Source of the DNA: Eledone cirrhosa
Taxonomy: Eukaryota
Assembly (NCBI GenBank): GCA_964016885.1
Contig: OZ024757.1
Coordinates: forward strand, 43,648,001-43,712,000
DNA: 64,000 bases
Reading direction: 5' to 3'
Shown: positions 22,433-37,004 of the stretch, piece after piece
Numbering within the stretch: position 1 is the first letter of the stretch
How the letters are laid out: every line of letters begins with the position of its first letter
Program-made: the position numbers and the translations under genes
Notes under the pieces: model-generated
What the model saw: only the letters and a program-made list of their open reading frames with translations
The model's database searches: none
What the model was told of the DNA's origin: nothing

Positions 22433-24681
22433 TATATATATTTATTTTAAGAAACCTTAATGACAAATAATATAAAGTGTTTGTAAAGTGGGGAAGAGTA
22501 GTTTTACGGTGGGGTTGTTATATAGATATCGTTTTTGCAGTGGGGTCGTGACTGGCGTATAATAATGAGTCACTGTTGATGTATATACAAATCATATTTT
22601 GGATATAAGTGAAGTTATTTAAGAGATTTAGTTGTTTTGTATACATTCCAGTTGTTGTCTCCCTGTTTCTTCTTCAACAACTATAACGGTACGCGATGGG
22701 GCCCACCCACAGCCCCGGCGGACAGAATGGAGAAGGCGTTTCCCCGGAGCACGGCAAGGGAGACGCGCTGGAAAAGCCACTCCAACTCGCGGGGCTCACA
22801 CCTGCGACTGGCCAGCTCAGCGCCTATGGTGGTGAGTAAGGAGGTAGCCCTGGGGTCGAGGACACCAGAAGTCTCCACTTCCAGGGGTACGACCGCAAAC
22901 CTGTCGGAGAGTGAACGATATGTGAGGAGTTTGGCCCTCTCAGCCTGACGTGCAGCAGAACCTGGGCCAGTCGCAGACTGCACCAGGTTGCGGCTGCAGA
23001 AAGTGTCGGTGCAAGTGGCATCCCAGACGAGGGGTTTGCCACCGCGGAACGGGAAGATGGTCATGCCATCTGGCCTTTTGCCGTCCCCTGGAGCTGGGAA
23101 GGGAAGCCTGCAGCGTCCAAGCCATGCTTAATGATTTCGTTGAGGGCAGCATGGCGTGGATTGCGGCTGGCACTGTGGCGACAGGAAAGCGGGTGGAGGC
23201 CGAAAGAGTCCATGGTGGAACGGCAGCGACATTGGTGTGAGGCCGAGCCTCAGGGAAACGCCGATGCGCAAGCTATGGTTGTCTAGCTGCGTGCGAGTGG
23301 AGAAGGAGGGCAGGGCATGGAGCCAGGCCCCACTGTGGGGTTTGGAGGCCGCACGAAAACAAACAAGGCGGTGCTGGTCGAGCTGGCACGTGAGCCTGTC
23401 TGAGGCCAGGCTGCACTGGATGGCATCCCAAGTGTGTTGGGGGGACTTGACGTCAACAGGGGGAGAAGGAGGAGGAACGTCTACTGGGCTAAGTCCCAGC
23501 CGGTGCCACGTCTCACAGGCGGCCACGCGTTCTCTGAACACAGAGGGTTCTGTTGTGTTTTGAAGAACCCTGCTGAGGTGGACGTGGTACGAGGTTACCG
23601 ACGAAAGATACGCCGGCAAAGCTAGTGAGATCGGGGACTGGAGGCGAAGGTCGCCATACCTGATAGGTAAAGTTGCATATCTCATCGGCTGCTGCTCGGA
23701 TACAAGTCTGGGTGTAGCACAGAGTGTATAGAGGAGCTTCGGCATGGCGTAGCAGTTCCTCAGCAGAAAGAGAACTGGGTGGCCATCAATCAAGCCCAGT
23801 CGGCTCGTGAGAGTCTGAACTTGATGGTGGAGCGGATGGCCGGCGGGTGGATCGGTGAGGGCATCCTCTTTGGGGGTCACCTGAACCTGGCGGAGAATGG
23901 ACCGCACGTCCAAGACGGAGACTGCAAAGCTTGCAGCATCGAGGCTGACATTCACCACCTCCGACTTGGCTGAGTTGACCTGGAGGTCGATTCCCGCCAG
24001 GGCAGGAACCACCGATTGAAGGTCATGGCAGACCGCCTGTACGGGCCCACCCAAAGTAGCATCATCCAGATACCAAACGTTGAGAGGGGCCGTTATACTC
24101 CGGGCGATGTGGTCAATACCAAGGGTGAACAGGAGGGGTCCCAAAGGGTTGCCCTGTTGGATCCCAGTAGCCAAGGGTATGACCGTATCAGCAGCATGGC
24201 GCATGCTTGGGGCTCCATATGACAGCTAGGCAGAGGGGGCTCGGCTGAGGCAGGCCTCGAGCAGATGATCCCAGCGTAAAGAGTTGAAGGCATTCCTCAT
24301 GTCAAACTTGACAATGAGGTGGCTGGAGTCCCTGGATGCCGGTTCCGAGTGTTACGGACTTGCAGGTTACTTTGGCAGCCAGCCTCCGGAAGACATTGCC
24401 CACAGCAATGGGGCGTATGCCACCCTCTTTCTTCCTGAGAGCGGTGAAGCTGGCCGAAAAAAAGAGGCCTCGAGCATAAGAGTCCAGGGCGCCATGGATG
24501 AGCCTATTGGTGAGCGCCACAATTGCACTCAGAAGGCGGCGCCCGGCCTCAGCGGAGAGGGGAGATATCAACTCCTTGAGGAGGCCTGGTCAGAGACCAT
24601 CAACATCTCCGCAGCTGCTAGCTGGGAAGGACCTGATGGCGGACATGATGTCTGCATCAGAAGCCACAAGGAGCAAGTGTG
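22433..24681 (-). mobile_element. CRE-clade retrotransposon relic, copy 4 (type B, less decayed)
   Basis: 358-aa RT ORF at 23128-24204; the CCHC knuckle (CRC..H...C) and RPDG motif are intact in alternate frames. Confidence 0.92.
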
Positions 24682-25614
24682 GATTACAATACAAAACCTC
24701 TGAGAATGATTTCTAAGATATTTCACCATAGTTAATTTTCATCAATATATATTAATATTATTATTGTTTATTAGGTCAGGTGGATTGGCCAGAACAATTC
24801 TACTCTTCTTTTTTAGATGTCACGATTTTTCATGGCATTCCTGAGATCATTAATCTCCAGCTGGAGATCCAGAGACATCTGATGTATGTAGGTGAACCTC
24901 AGTCATCCCACTTGGCTCTTACTATGTTTAGGTATCCACCACAGGAGCCAGCTCATCAGGTCATCCTACTCTCAGCAGCAATGTCCAGCATCTATTGATT
25001 TCCGCTCCCTAGTTATTGTGGTAATCTTCGATATCTGGGAATATATTTCTTCTGCTTAAGGGAGTAATAAATATATAGTTTAAAAAAAAACATATATATA
25101 CACACACATATATATATGTTGTCATTTATAAGAGTTCTCTATCAAAAGCCTTCTCTATGTCCAAAGCTAAGTATAGTGGCTTATTTTTCTCTAAGAACCT
25201 CTTTTGTAGTTGTCTCACTAAGAAGAGGGCATCTGTTGCACTTTTCAGCGGCTTAATTAATTAATGAGGTTTAATTAATGAGGAATTTTGAGGTATTTAT
25301 AACAATTATTAATTATTTCATTACTGAGATATCATTTGAAGGACTTACTAATGTTTTTATTTATTAATTATTTTATTAGTAACTTAACATGTGGTTCTTG
25401 TATAAAATTATGTTGGAAGATTTTAGGAAGATGCTATGTAGCCGGTCGCGGTAAAATAGACGCCCAGGCTATGTAGCCGGTAAGAGTGTCAGACTCCATG
25501 TGTTGCGGCCCTTTATGGTCTGAGTTAAGACAATTTAAAATCTTTTCCACCATCAATTGTTAAAAAACAAGTTAAAATCATTTTGTCGTCCATTTGTAAC
25601 GTACGTTACACTTT

Positions 25615-26351
25615 AGTTACATACACATATACTATGTTACATACACACATCTACTGTGTTACATACACACACATCAACTGGGTTATATACACACACATCT
25701 ACTGCGTTACATACACATCTACTGTGTTACACACACATCTACTGTGTTACATACACACACATCTACTGAGTTACATACACACACATCTACTGTGTTACAT
25801 ACACACACATCTTCTGTGTTACATACACACATCTACTATGTTACATACACACATCTACTGTGTTACATACACACACCTGTGTTACATACACACACATCTA
25901 CTGAGTTACATACACACAGATCTACTGTGTTACATACACACACATCTACTGTGTTACACACATCTTCTATGTTACATACACACAATCTACTGTGTTACAT
26001 ACACACATCTACTGAGTTACATACACACACATCTACTGAGTTACATACACACACATGTACTGTGTTACATACACACATCTACTGTGTTACATACATACAC
26101 ATCTACTGTGTTACATACATACACATCTACTGTTACATACACACATCTACCGTGCTACACACACACATCTACCGTGTTACACACACACATCTACCGTGTT
26201 ACACACACACATCTACCGTGTTACACACACACATCTACTGAGTTACATACACATATACTGAGTTACATGCAAACACACATCTACTCTGTTACATATACAC
26301 ATCTACTGTGTTACATACACATCTACTGTGATACACACACACACATCTACT
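25615..26351. repeat. Minisatellite, unit 4
   Basis: As 15769-16505. Confidence 0.95.
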
Positions 26352-27178
26352 CATACATATTCATAAATAGACACACATTATACAAATAATTATTACATAC
26401 ACACACATCTCTGTAATAATTCAGGAAGGAAGGGGCTGGTGAAACGCTATAGCAATGTGTGTGTGTTGTGTACCTTTCAGGTTTACCGGTTTCGTAGCCT
26501 ATTTGAAGATTTTATTATAATTATGAACCTTATAATTCAATTAATTATGAATAATTTTGAGCTATTTATCACAATTGTTAGTTAATTACTAACATAGTAA
26601 CTTACCATATGGTTGTTATATAGAATTTTGTTGGAAGACTTTAATTTAGATAGGAACCATTTCCATAGTACGAGAACTAATTTTGGCTGGGTTTCTACCA
26701 AAAGGGTTAATGAAGAATTTTGAACAATTTACTAAAATTATTAATTATTTCATTACTAAGATAATGTGTGAATACACAATTATATGTGTGTATATATATA
26801 TAAACAGTATATATATATATAGTATATATATATATAAACAGTATATATATATATAGTATATATATATATAAACAGTATATATATAGTATACAAAAGATGT
26901 AGTGGGATAGTGTGTAGTCTTAAGACAAGTCTGTCCAGATAGCTGCGCTGTAACTTACACTTATTGGGACTGTGTGTTGGCAAGCAGGCCTGTATTTTGG
27001 GATCTAGCTGGTCCATTATGAGGGAGGTCTGGTTAGTTGGCAGCACCATGCCTTACTTGTGGTATATGTATGTATAGAAATAAGTTATTGTATATGCATA
27101 ACTGTCCATCTATATGTATACATGTATGTTTACTTATATCTTTGCATACATATATACATTTTCAGATGTATACACGTA

Positions 27179-29098
27179 ATGGTCACCCGGATAGTAAACC
27201 AAGTCATACAGAATGGGGTTGTTCTGAAGGACTGGCGTAGCAGCATCATCATTAACTGTTACAAGGGTAAAGGAGATGCCCTAGATAGGAGTAACTATAG
27301 AGGCATTAAATTAATCGACCAGGTCATGAAGGTCACGGAAAAAGTAATAGCGCAACTAATCAGAGAGAGAATTGATCTAGATGAAATGCAGTTCGGGTTT
27401 GTGTCAGGTAAAAGTACCACAGACGCTCTTTTCATTGTACGACAACTACAGGAGAAGTACCTAGTTAAAAGTAAACCCCTATACTTAGCTTTTGTTGACT
27501 TGGAGAAAGCCTTCGACAGAGTCCCCCGTTCCATTATCTGGTGGGCTCTTAGAAAACTAGGTGTTGAGGAATGGCTTGTGAGAGCTATACAAGCCATGTA
27601 TAAAGAAACAGTCAGCAAGGTTAGAATTAACAACGAATATAGTGAAGAGTTTAGCGTAAAAGTTGGTGTTCATCAGGGCTCCGTCCTTAGCCCCCTACTA
27701 TTTATTATTGCCCTTCAGGCTATAACAGTGGAGTTCAAGACCGGCTGCCCATGGGAACTCCTATACGCAGATGATCTAACGCTCATAGCTGAATCAATGG
27801 CCGAGCTAGAGAAGAAATTCCAAACATGGAAGCAAGGCCTAGAATCAGAAGGCCTTAAAATTAACCTGGCTAAGACTAAAGTTCTAGTTTGTAGGAAAGA
27901 AAATAAGGCGCCGGTCCCTTACGGGAAATGGCCATGCTCAGTGTGTAGGAAAGGCGTAGGTAGAAACTCCATTTTATGTCCCAAATGCAAAGTATGGGTT
28001 CATAAAAGATGTAGTGGGATCACAGGTAAGCTAACTAAGAACATAGATTTTACATGTGGCCGGTGCTCTGGTGCAATAAGTAGCAGCAAGTGCCCACAAA
28101 ATACTAGCTCTTTCAATTGCGCAGAGGGTTCTATAGAAATAGTGGACAGCTTCCGTTACCTGGGTGACAAAATCAGCAGTGGGGGAGGGTGCTCTGAAAG
28201 TACAGTAGCTAGAGTCAGAACTGGATGGAAAAAGTTCAGAGAGCTTATACCACTATTAGCCGCTAAAGGGTTCTCCCTAAAAATGAAAGGCAGGTTGTAT
28301 GATGCCTGCATATGAACAGCAATGTTGCATGGCAGTGAGACCTGGGCATTGTGTGCAGAGGATATACGCAGACTAGAGAGGAACGAAGCTTGCATGCTTC
28401 GCTGGATGTGTAATAGTAATATATGTGAACGGCAAAGCATAAACGAACTAAGGGAAAAATTAGAAATAAGAGGGATCAGATGTTGTGTACTCGAGAGAAG
28501 ACTACGTTGGTATGGTCCACGTGATGCGGATGAAAGACGACAGCTGTATAAAAAAAATGCAGGGCAATAAAGATAGACGGTAGCCACGGAGTAGGCAGAC
28601 CCAGAAAAACCTGGGACGACTTGATAAATTCCGACCTCACACACTTACACCTCTCCAAGACAATGTCACTGGACCGAGATCTTTGGCGGTACTCAGTAAT
28701 AGAGAAGACCCGCCTTACCTAGATACAAAGTAAAACCTACTACAGTCAGTAGGCACCTCTAACAAAATACACCCCCACCCCATCCACACCGCCCCTTTCA
28801 ATGTAAAGTTATGTTGGTGCCACAACATCCAGGCCGAAACAAATGAGGTCGTGTAGGTGTCACGACAAAAAAAAAAAACACAGTCCACGCAGTAATGTGG
28901 CCGTGTAGGTAACACGGTAAAAACCTCTCAGTCCCACACTGTAAATGCGGTTGGTGTTAGGAAGGGCATCCAGCTGTAGAAAACCCGCCAGACAGTCCTA
29001 TGCGAGCAAGACAACCACTCTTGCCTCAAGTGGGAAAATTCCCGTCCAAACCCATGCAAGCGTGGAATATGGACGTTAAACGATGATGATGATGATGA

Positions 29099-29102
<4 letters not shown>
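27179..29102 (+). mobile_element. Truncated RTE LINE, unit 4
   Basis: ORF 27059-28315; retains AFVDLEK. Confidence 0.95.
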
Positions 29103-29129
<27 letters not shown>

Positions 29130-29132
<3 letters not shown>

Positions 29133-30254
29133 CTTTGACATTTCTTAGAAAAAAAATGAAAAAGTTTTGTGAGAACCCCAATGTTTATTTATTTTATTTT
29201 ATTTTTAAATAAAATTAATAACATTAATTTTATTTTGAAATTAGGTTTATAAATATTAATTATCAGCAGACCTTTGTAGCAGTCTTGGCGGCTTAGTGGG
29301 AAGTACCAGAGATGGTGAGGTCCTTGTCTGTAGGTTCAATCCTGGTCTGGGAGTTCGATCATTGCTGTAATGTGTCCTGTTAATCTTTTTTTAAATTTTC
29401 CTCAGAAAAAACTGAAAATCTTTGGTGAGAACCCCAATGTCTATTTATCTAATATAATTTAATTTATTTTATTTTATTTTACTTTAGTTAAATTGTCAAA
29501 ACCACTGGTGATCTAAAGTTAGAGGAGACAGATAAAATAGACATATTGTCTCCTCAACCTTTAGATCTTCAGTGTTTTCGACAATTTAACTAAAATAAAA
29601 AATTAAATTCAATATAATTAAATAAATAGGGGTTCTCTTTTTCAAAGAGATATAGAAAGAAAATTATAAAAGATTAACATGACACCTTACATGTATCTCA
29701 TGGACCAGGATTGAACCTGAGTCCCCAATTCAACCCTCAGACCAGGATTGAACACCCAGAACAGGATCTCACCATCTCTGGTACTTCCCACTAAGCTACC
29801 GAGACTGATACAAAGATGTACTGAAATTTAATATTTATAAACCTACTTTCAAAATAAAATTAAAAATAAAATATATATATATATATATTCCTTTGACATT
29901 TCTTAGAAAAAAGAACTGAAAAAGTTTTGTGAGAACGCCAATGTCTATTTATTTTATTTTATTTTTAATTAAATTAGTTATATTTTGAAAGTAGGTTTAT
30001 AAATATTAATTTTCAATAGACCTTTGTAGCAGTCTTGGTGGCTTAGTGGGAAGTACCAGAGATGGTGAGATCCTTGTCTGTAAGTTCAATTCTTGCTTGG
30101 AGACATGTCTAATGTGTCCTATTAATCTTTTTTTAATTTTCCTTTTACATCTCTTAGAAATAACTGAAAATCTTTGGTGAGAACCCCAATGTCTATTTAT
30201 CTAATATAATTAATTTAATTTAATTTAATTTAATTTTTATTTTAGTGAAACCAC
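29130..30254. mobile_element. Foldback element, unit 4
   Basis: As 19290-20414. Confidence 0.8.
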
Positions 30255-30697
30255 TGTTGTATTCAAGAGACCAGGTGGAGGGGTGGGTCTGCTAGATTCA
30301 TCGTGGGTAAAGAACGGTGCTATGAACTTTTCTGGGTGGGAAATGACAATGGGCTGGGTATACACATACCACCCCACCACCCCACCGTAAAGTGGTCGTG
30401 GAGGCGCCACGGCAAAAAAGCACCCAGCCCGCTCTGTAAAGCTGACGTGGAGGTGCCACGTAAAAAAGAAAAGCACCCAGCACTCACTGCAAACTGGGTT
30501 GGCGTCAGGAAGGGCACCCAGCTGTAGAAACCAATCCAGAATCAGCTCCCACCCCACCCTTGCAAGCATGGAAAAGCGGACGTATGATGAAGTTGATATA
30601 TATATATATATATATTAGTATATATATACACATACATATGTACACATATACACATACATATATATATATATATACACACACATATATATCAGTGTAC

Positions 30698-30732
<35 letters not shown>

Positions 30733-31365
30733 AATGAATATTTATTCAATTTAAAGCGCCAATTATCTATATATAACAAGATATGAATTTTTCTAGGGAT
30801 GGGGAAATTTTCAGTTTGTTTTTATATTTTCACTTCATTTTTTACTTTCTATTTAATACAGTCTTTGATCCAATATAATCCTGACAGTATTTGAACCAGT
30901 TTACCTCATATATATGTATGCACACACAACACTCAAGTTTCGCCATCTACTGCTATTTCATTCATATTTATTGTTTAATTAACTCTGGTCTAATTCATCA
31001 ACTATTGTTAATTATATTATTACGTAGATTTCTTATAAAATCTAGTGCATATATACGTGTATATATACAGGGAGACACTGTGTAATAGATGTAAAGAGAG
31101 TTATAGAAGTAAAGAGAGGGGGAGAAATAAGCGGTAGATAGAGCAATAGATGTAAAGAGAGGGTTAGAACGTTCAACTTGACAGTCAGTACATATGCCAA
31201 CTACCCAACCGGCCAGCCAGCCGTATTTGCGGTTGACTGGCCAGTTGGGCGGTTGGTATGTGGAACGTTCAACTATGCAGTCAGTACCAAAGTTCAACAT
31301 TGTAGCCAGTGCATATGCCGATCGCCGCGACCTCTTTGCTCTATTTAAATGACCTGGAACTAAGT

Positions 31366-31478
31366 AAAAAGAGTAGGAGATAACTCGACAAGAGCGGAGA
31401 GGGTGAGATTCGAACCATGTAAAGTCGTTGGCTCCTGAACTTCGTAAGCGGGGCTGCTACTGACTGAGCAACGCCGGC
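31366..31478 (-). ncRNA. tRNA-derived Pol III cassette, copy 5
   Basis: As copy 4. Confidence 0.45.
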
Positions 31479-32258
31479 AGCAAGGCAAATCGCGCATAAA
31501 ATAACGCTTATATCGAGAAAATAAAACAAAAATTTCAATGTTGCACTTTTGTTTGTTGTTCTTTTATTTTACGTAAACATTTCGCTGCTCTAGCCTCTTA
31601 TTTCCTATTAGATTACACTTAATTCCATTAAACATTCATTCTTAGTCTCGTGGTAAACTATTTCATCTATATTTATATCGCTGTTACAGCCTTTTATTTC
31701 TACATCTATCACCTATAGCCACTGTTACGCCGGTAGTATAAGTAGCTTTATAACAAGAAACGATGATATAACTCCACAAAATGTCTTCTTCAGCAAGACA
31801 CTTCACTTCATATTGCTCCAGTACACCGAGTTACACATAGACAGATACATACATACATACACAGATAGAAATGAGAGGTAGATAGAGTAAAAGATTTAAA
31901 GAGAGTGTGAGAAGTACGAGTTAGATAGTGTAAAAGATTTAAAGAGAGGGTGAGAGTGTGACACACATTTATCTGTCTATCTCTCTCTATTTTAACACCG
32001 GTCGTTATAATTAGTTTTATAACACCGCTATATTACCGACATGAAAGAGGTAAATAATTATTTCTTAAATGTTTAGAACATGTTTCTCTTGTCTTCTTAA
32101 ATGTATAGAACATGTTTCTTATTTATATTCTTAACATAGCTAGGACCTTATCTCATTTACTGGTCTCTACTTTTAGGGCTTTGCTGGTCCCATGTGCCCT
32201 CCATGAAGACACACTCGCCCCTTCTCTCTCAGTCTCCGTACTAATTACTACACATACG

Positions 32259-34507
32259 TATATATATTTATTTTAAGAAACCTTAATGACAAATAATATA
32301 AAGTGTTTGTAAAGTGGGGAAGAGTAGTTTTACGGTGGGGTTGTTATATAGATATCGTTTTTGCAGTGGGGTCGTGACTGGCGTATAATAATGAGTCACT
32401 GTTGATGTATATACAAATCATATTTTGGATATAAGTGAAGTTATTTAAGAGATTTAGTTGTTTTGTATACATTCCAGTTGTTGTCTCCCTGTTTCTTCTT
32501 CAACAACTATAACGGTACGCGATGGGGCCCACCCACAGCCCCGGCGGACAGAATGGAGAAGGCGTTTCCCCGGAGCACGGCAAGGGAGACGCGCTGGAAA
32601 AGCCACTCCAACTCGCGGGGCTCACACCTGCGACTGGCCAGCTCAGCGCCTATGGTGGTGAGTAAGGAGGTAGCCCTGGGGTCGAGGACACCAGAAGTCT
32701 CCACTTCCAGGGGTACGACCGCAAACCTGTCGGAGAGTGAACGATATGTGAGGAGTTTGGCCCTCTCAGCCTGACGTGCAGCAGAACCTGGGCCAGTCGC
32801 AGACTGCACCAGGTTGCGGCTGCAGAAAGTGTCGGTGCAAGTGGCATCCCAGACGAGGGGTTTGCCACCGCGGAACGGGAAGATGGTCATGCCATCTGGC
32901 CTTTTGCCGTCCCCTGGAGCTGGGAAGGGAAGCCTGCAGCGTCCAAGCCATGCTTAATGATTTCGTTGAGGGCAGCATGGCGTGGATTGCGGCTGGCACT
33001 GTGGCGACAGGAAAGCGGGTGGAGGCCGAAAGAGTCCATGGTGGAACGGCAGCGACATTGGTGTGAGGCCGAGCCTCAGGGAAACGCCGATGCGCAAGCT
33101 ATGGTTGTCTAGCTGCGTGCGAGTGGAGAAGGAGGGCAGGGCATGGAGCCAGGCCCCACTGTGGGGTTTGGAGGCCGCACGAAAACAAACAAGGCGGTGC
33201 TGGTCGAGCTGGCACGTGAGCCTGTCTGAGGCCAGGCTGCACTGGATGGCATCCCAAGTGTGTTGGGGGGACTTGACGTCAACAGGGGGAGAAGGAGGAG
33301 GAACGTCTACTGGGCTAAGTCCCAGCCGGTGCCACGTCTCACAGGCGGCCACGCGTTCTCTGAACACAGAGGGTTCTGTTGTGTTTTGAAGAACCCTGCT
33401 GAGGTGGACGTGGTACGAGGTTACCGACGAAAGATACGCCGGCAAAGCTAGTGAGATCGGGGACTGGAGGCGAAGGTCGCCATACCTGATAGGTAAAGTT
33501 GCATATCTCATCGGCTGCTGCTCGGATACAAGTCTGGGTGTAGCACAGAGTGTATAGAGGAGCTTCGGCATGGCGTAGCAGTTCCTCAGCAGAAAGAGAA
33601 CTGGGTGGCCATCAATCAAGCCCAGTCGGCTCGTGAGAGTCTGAACTTGATGGTGGAGCGGATGGCCGGCGGGTGGATCGGTGAGGGCATCCTCTTTGGG
33701 GGTCACCTGAACCTGGCGGAGAATGGACCGCACGTCCAAGACGGAGACTGCAAAGCTTGCAGCATCGAGGCTGACATTCACCACCTCCGACTTGGCTGAG
33801 TTGACCTGGAGGTCGATTCCCGCCAGGGCAGGAACCACCGATTGAAGGTCATGGCAGACCGCCTGTACGGGCCCACCCAAAGTAGCATCATCCAGATACC
33901 AAACGTTGAGAGGGGCCGTTATACTCCGGGCGATGTGGTCAATACCAAGGGTGAACAGGAGGGGTCCCAAAGGGTTGCCCTGTTGGATCCCAGTAGCCAA
34001 GGGTATGACCGTATCAGCAGCATGGCGCATGCTTGGGGCTCCATATGACAGGTAGGCAGAGGGGGCTCGGCTGAGGCAGGCCTCGAGCAGATGATCCCAG
34101 CGTAAAGAGTTGAAGGCATTCCTCATGTCAAACTTGACAATGAGGTGGCTGGAGTCCCTGGATGCCGGTTCCGAGTGTTACGGACTTGCAGGTTACTTTG
34201 GCAGCCAGCCTCCGGAAGACATTGCCCACAGCAATGGGGCGTATGCCACCCTCTTTCTTCCTGAGAGCGGTGAAGCTGGCCGAAAAAAAGAGGCCTCGAG
34301 CATAAGAGTCCAGGGCGCCATGGATGAGCCTATTGGTGAGCGCCACAATTGCACTCAGAAGGCGGCGCCCGGCCTCAGCGGAGAGGGGAGATATCAACTC
34401 CTTGAGGAGGCCTGGTCAGAGACCATCAACATCTCCGCAGCTGCTAGCTGGGAAGGACCTGATGGCGGACATGATGTCTGCATCAGAAGCCACAAGGAGC
34501 AAGTGTG
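32259..34507 (-). mobile_element. CRE-clade retrotransposon relic, copy 5
   Basis: 390-aa RT ORF at 32954-34126; endonuclease ORF at 32507-32890. Confidence 0.92.
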
Positions 34508-35440
34508 GATTACAATACAAAACCTCTGAGAATGATTTCTAAGATATTTCACCATAGTTAATTTTCATCAATATATATTAATATTATTATTGTTTATTAG
34601 GTCAGGTGGATTGGCCAGAACAATTCTACTCTTCTTTTTTAGATGTCACGATTTTTCATGGCATTCCTGAGATCATTAATCTCCAGCTGGAGATCCAGAG
34701 ACATCTGATGTATGTAGGTGAACCTCAGTCATCCCACTTGGCTCTTACTATGTTTAGGTATCCACCACAGGAGCCAGCTCATCAGGTCATCCTACTCTCA
34801 GCAGCAATGTCCAGCATCTATTGATTTCCGCTCCCTAGTTATTGTGGTAATCTTCGATATCTGGGAATATATTTCTTCTGCTTAAGGGAGTAATAAATAT
34901 ATAGTTTAAAAAAAAACATATATATACACACACATATATATATGTTGTCATTTATAAGAGTTCTCTATCAAAAGCCTTCTCTATGTCCAAAGCTAAGTAT
35001 AGTGGCTTATTTTTCTCTAAGAACCTCTTTTGTAGTTGTCTCACTAAGAAGAGGGCATCTGTTGCACTTTTCAGCGGCTTAATTAATTAATGAGGTTTAA
35101 TTAATGAGGAATTTTGAGGTATTTATAACAATTATTAATTATTTCATTACTGAGATATCATTTGAAGGACTTACTAATGTTTTTATTTATTAATTATTTT
35201 ATTAGTAACTTAACATGTGGTTCTTGTATAAAATTATGTTGGAAGATTTTAGGAAGATGCTATGTAGCCGGTCGCGGTAAAATAGACGCCCAGGCTATGT
35301 AGCCGGTAAGAGTGTCAGACTCCATGTGTTGCGGCCCTTTATGGTCTGAGTTAAGACAATTTAAAATCTTTTCCACCATCAATTGTTAAAAAACAAGTTA
35401 AAATCATTTTGTCGTCCATTTGTAACGTACGTTACACTTT

Positions 35441-36177
35441 AGTTACATACACATATACTATGTTACATACACACATCTACTGTGTTACATACACACACAT
35501 CAACTGGGTTATATACACACACATCTACTGCGTTACATACACATCTACTGTGTTACACACACATCTACTGTGTTACATACACACACATCTACTGAGTTAC
35601 ATACACACACATCTACTGTGTTACATACACACACATCTTCTGTGTTACATACACACATCTACTATGTTACATACACACATCTACTGTGTTACATACACAC
35701 ACCTGTGTTACATACACACACATCTACTGAGTTACATACACACAGATCTACTGTGTTACATACACACACATCTACTGTGTTACACACATCTTCTATGTTA
35801 CATACACACAATCTACTGTGTTACATACACACATCTACTGAGTTACATACACACACATCTACTGAGTTACATACACACACATGTACTGTGTTACATACAC
35901 ACATCTACTGTGTTACATACATACACATCTACTGTGTTACATACATACACATCTACTGTTACATACACACATCTACCGTGCTACACACACACATCTACCG
36001 TGTTACACACACACATCTACCGTGTTACACACACACATCTACCGTGTTACACACACACATCTACTGAGTTACATACACATATACTGAGTTACATGCAAAC
36101 ACACATCTACTCTGTTACATATACACATCTACTGTGTTACATACACATCTACTGTGATACACACACACACATCTACT
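35441..36177. repeat. Minisatellite, unit 5
   Basis: As 15769-16505. Confidence 0.95.
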
Positions 36178-37004
36178 CATACATATTCATAAATAGACAC
36201 ACATTATACAAATAATTATTACATACACACACATCTCTGTAATAATTCAGGAAGGAAGGGGCTGGTGAAACGCTATAGCAATGTGTGTGTGTTGTGTACC
36301 TTTCAGGTTTACCGGTTTCGTAGCCTATTTGAAGATTTTATTATAATTATGAACCTTATAATTCAATTAATTATGAATAATTTTGAGCTATTTATCACAA
36401 TTGTTAGTTAATTACTAACATAGTAACTTACCATATGGTTGTTATATAGAATTTTGTTGGAAGACTTTAATTTAGATAGGAACCATTTCCATAGTACGAG
36501 AACTAATTTTGGCTGGGTTTCTACCAAAAGGGTTAATGAAGAATTTTGAACAATTTACTAAAATTATTAATTATTTCATTACTAAGATAATGTGTGAATA
36601 CACAATTATATGTGTGTATATATATATAAACAGTATATATATATATAGTATATATATATATAAACAGTATATATATATATAGTATATATATATATAAACA
36701 GTATATATATAGTATACAAAAGATGTAGTGGGATAGTGTGTAGTCTTAAGACAAGTCTGTCCAGATAGCTGCGCTGTAACTTACACTTATTGGGACTGTG
36801 TGTTGGCAAGCAGGCCTGTATTTTGGGATCTAGCTGGTCCATTATGAGGGAGGTCTGGTTAGTTGGCAGCACCATGCCTTACTTGTGGTATATGTATGTA
36901 TAGAAATAAGTTATTGTATATGCATAACTGTCCATCTATATGTATACATGTATGTTTACTTATATCTTTGCATACATATATACATTTTCAGATGTATACA
37001 CGTA

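Larger units (their letters stand above)
21535..31360. repeat. Array unit 4 (type B, 9826 bp)
   Basis: Anchor to anchor. Confidence 0.95.
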
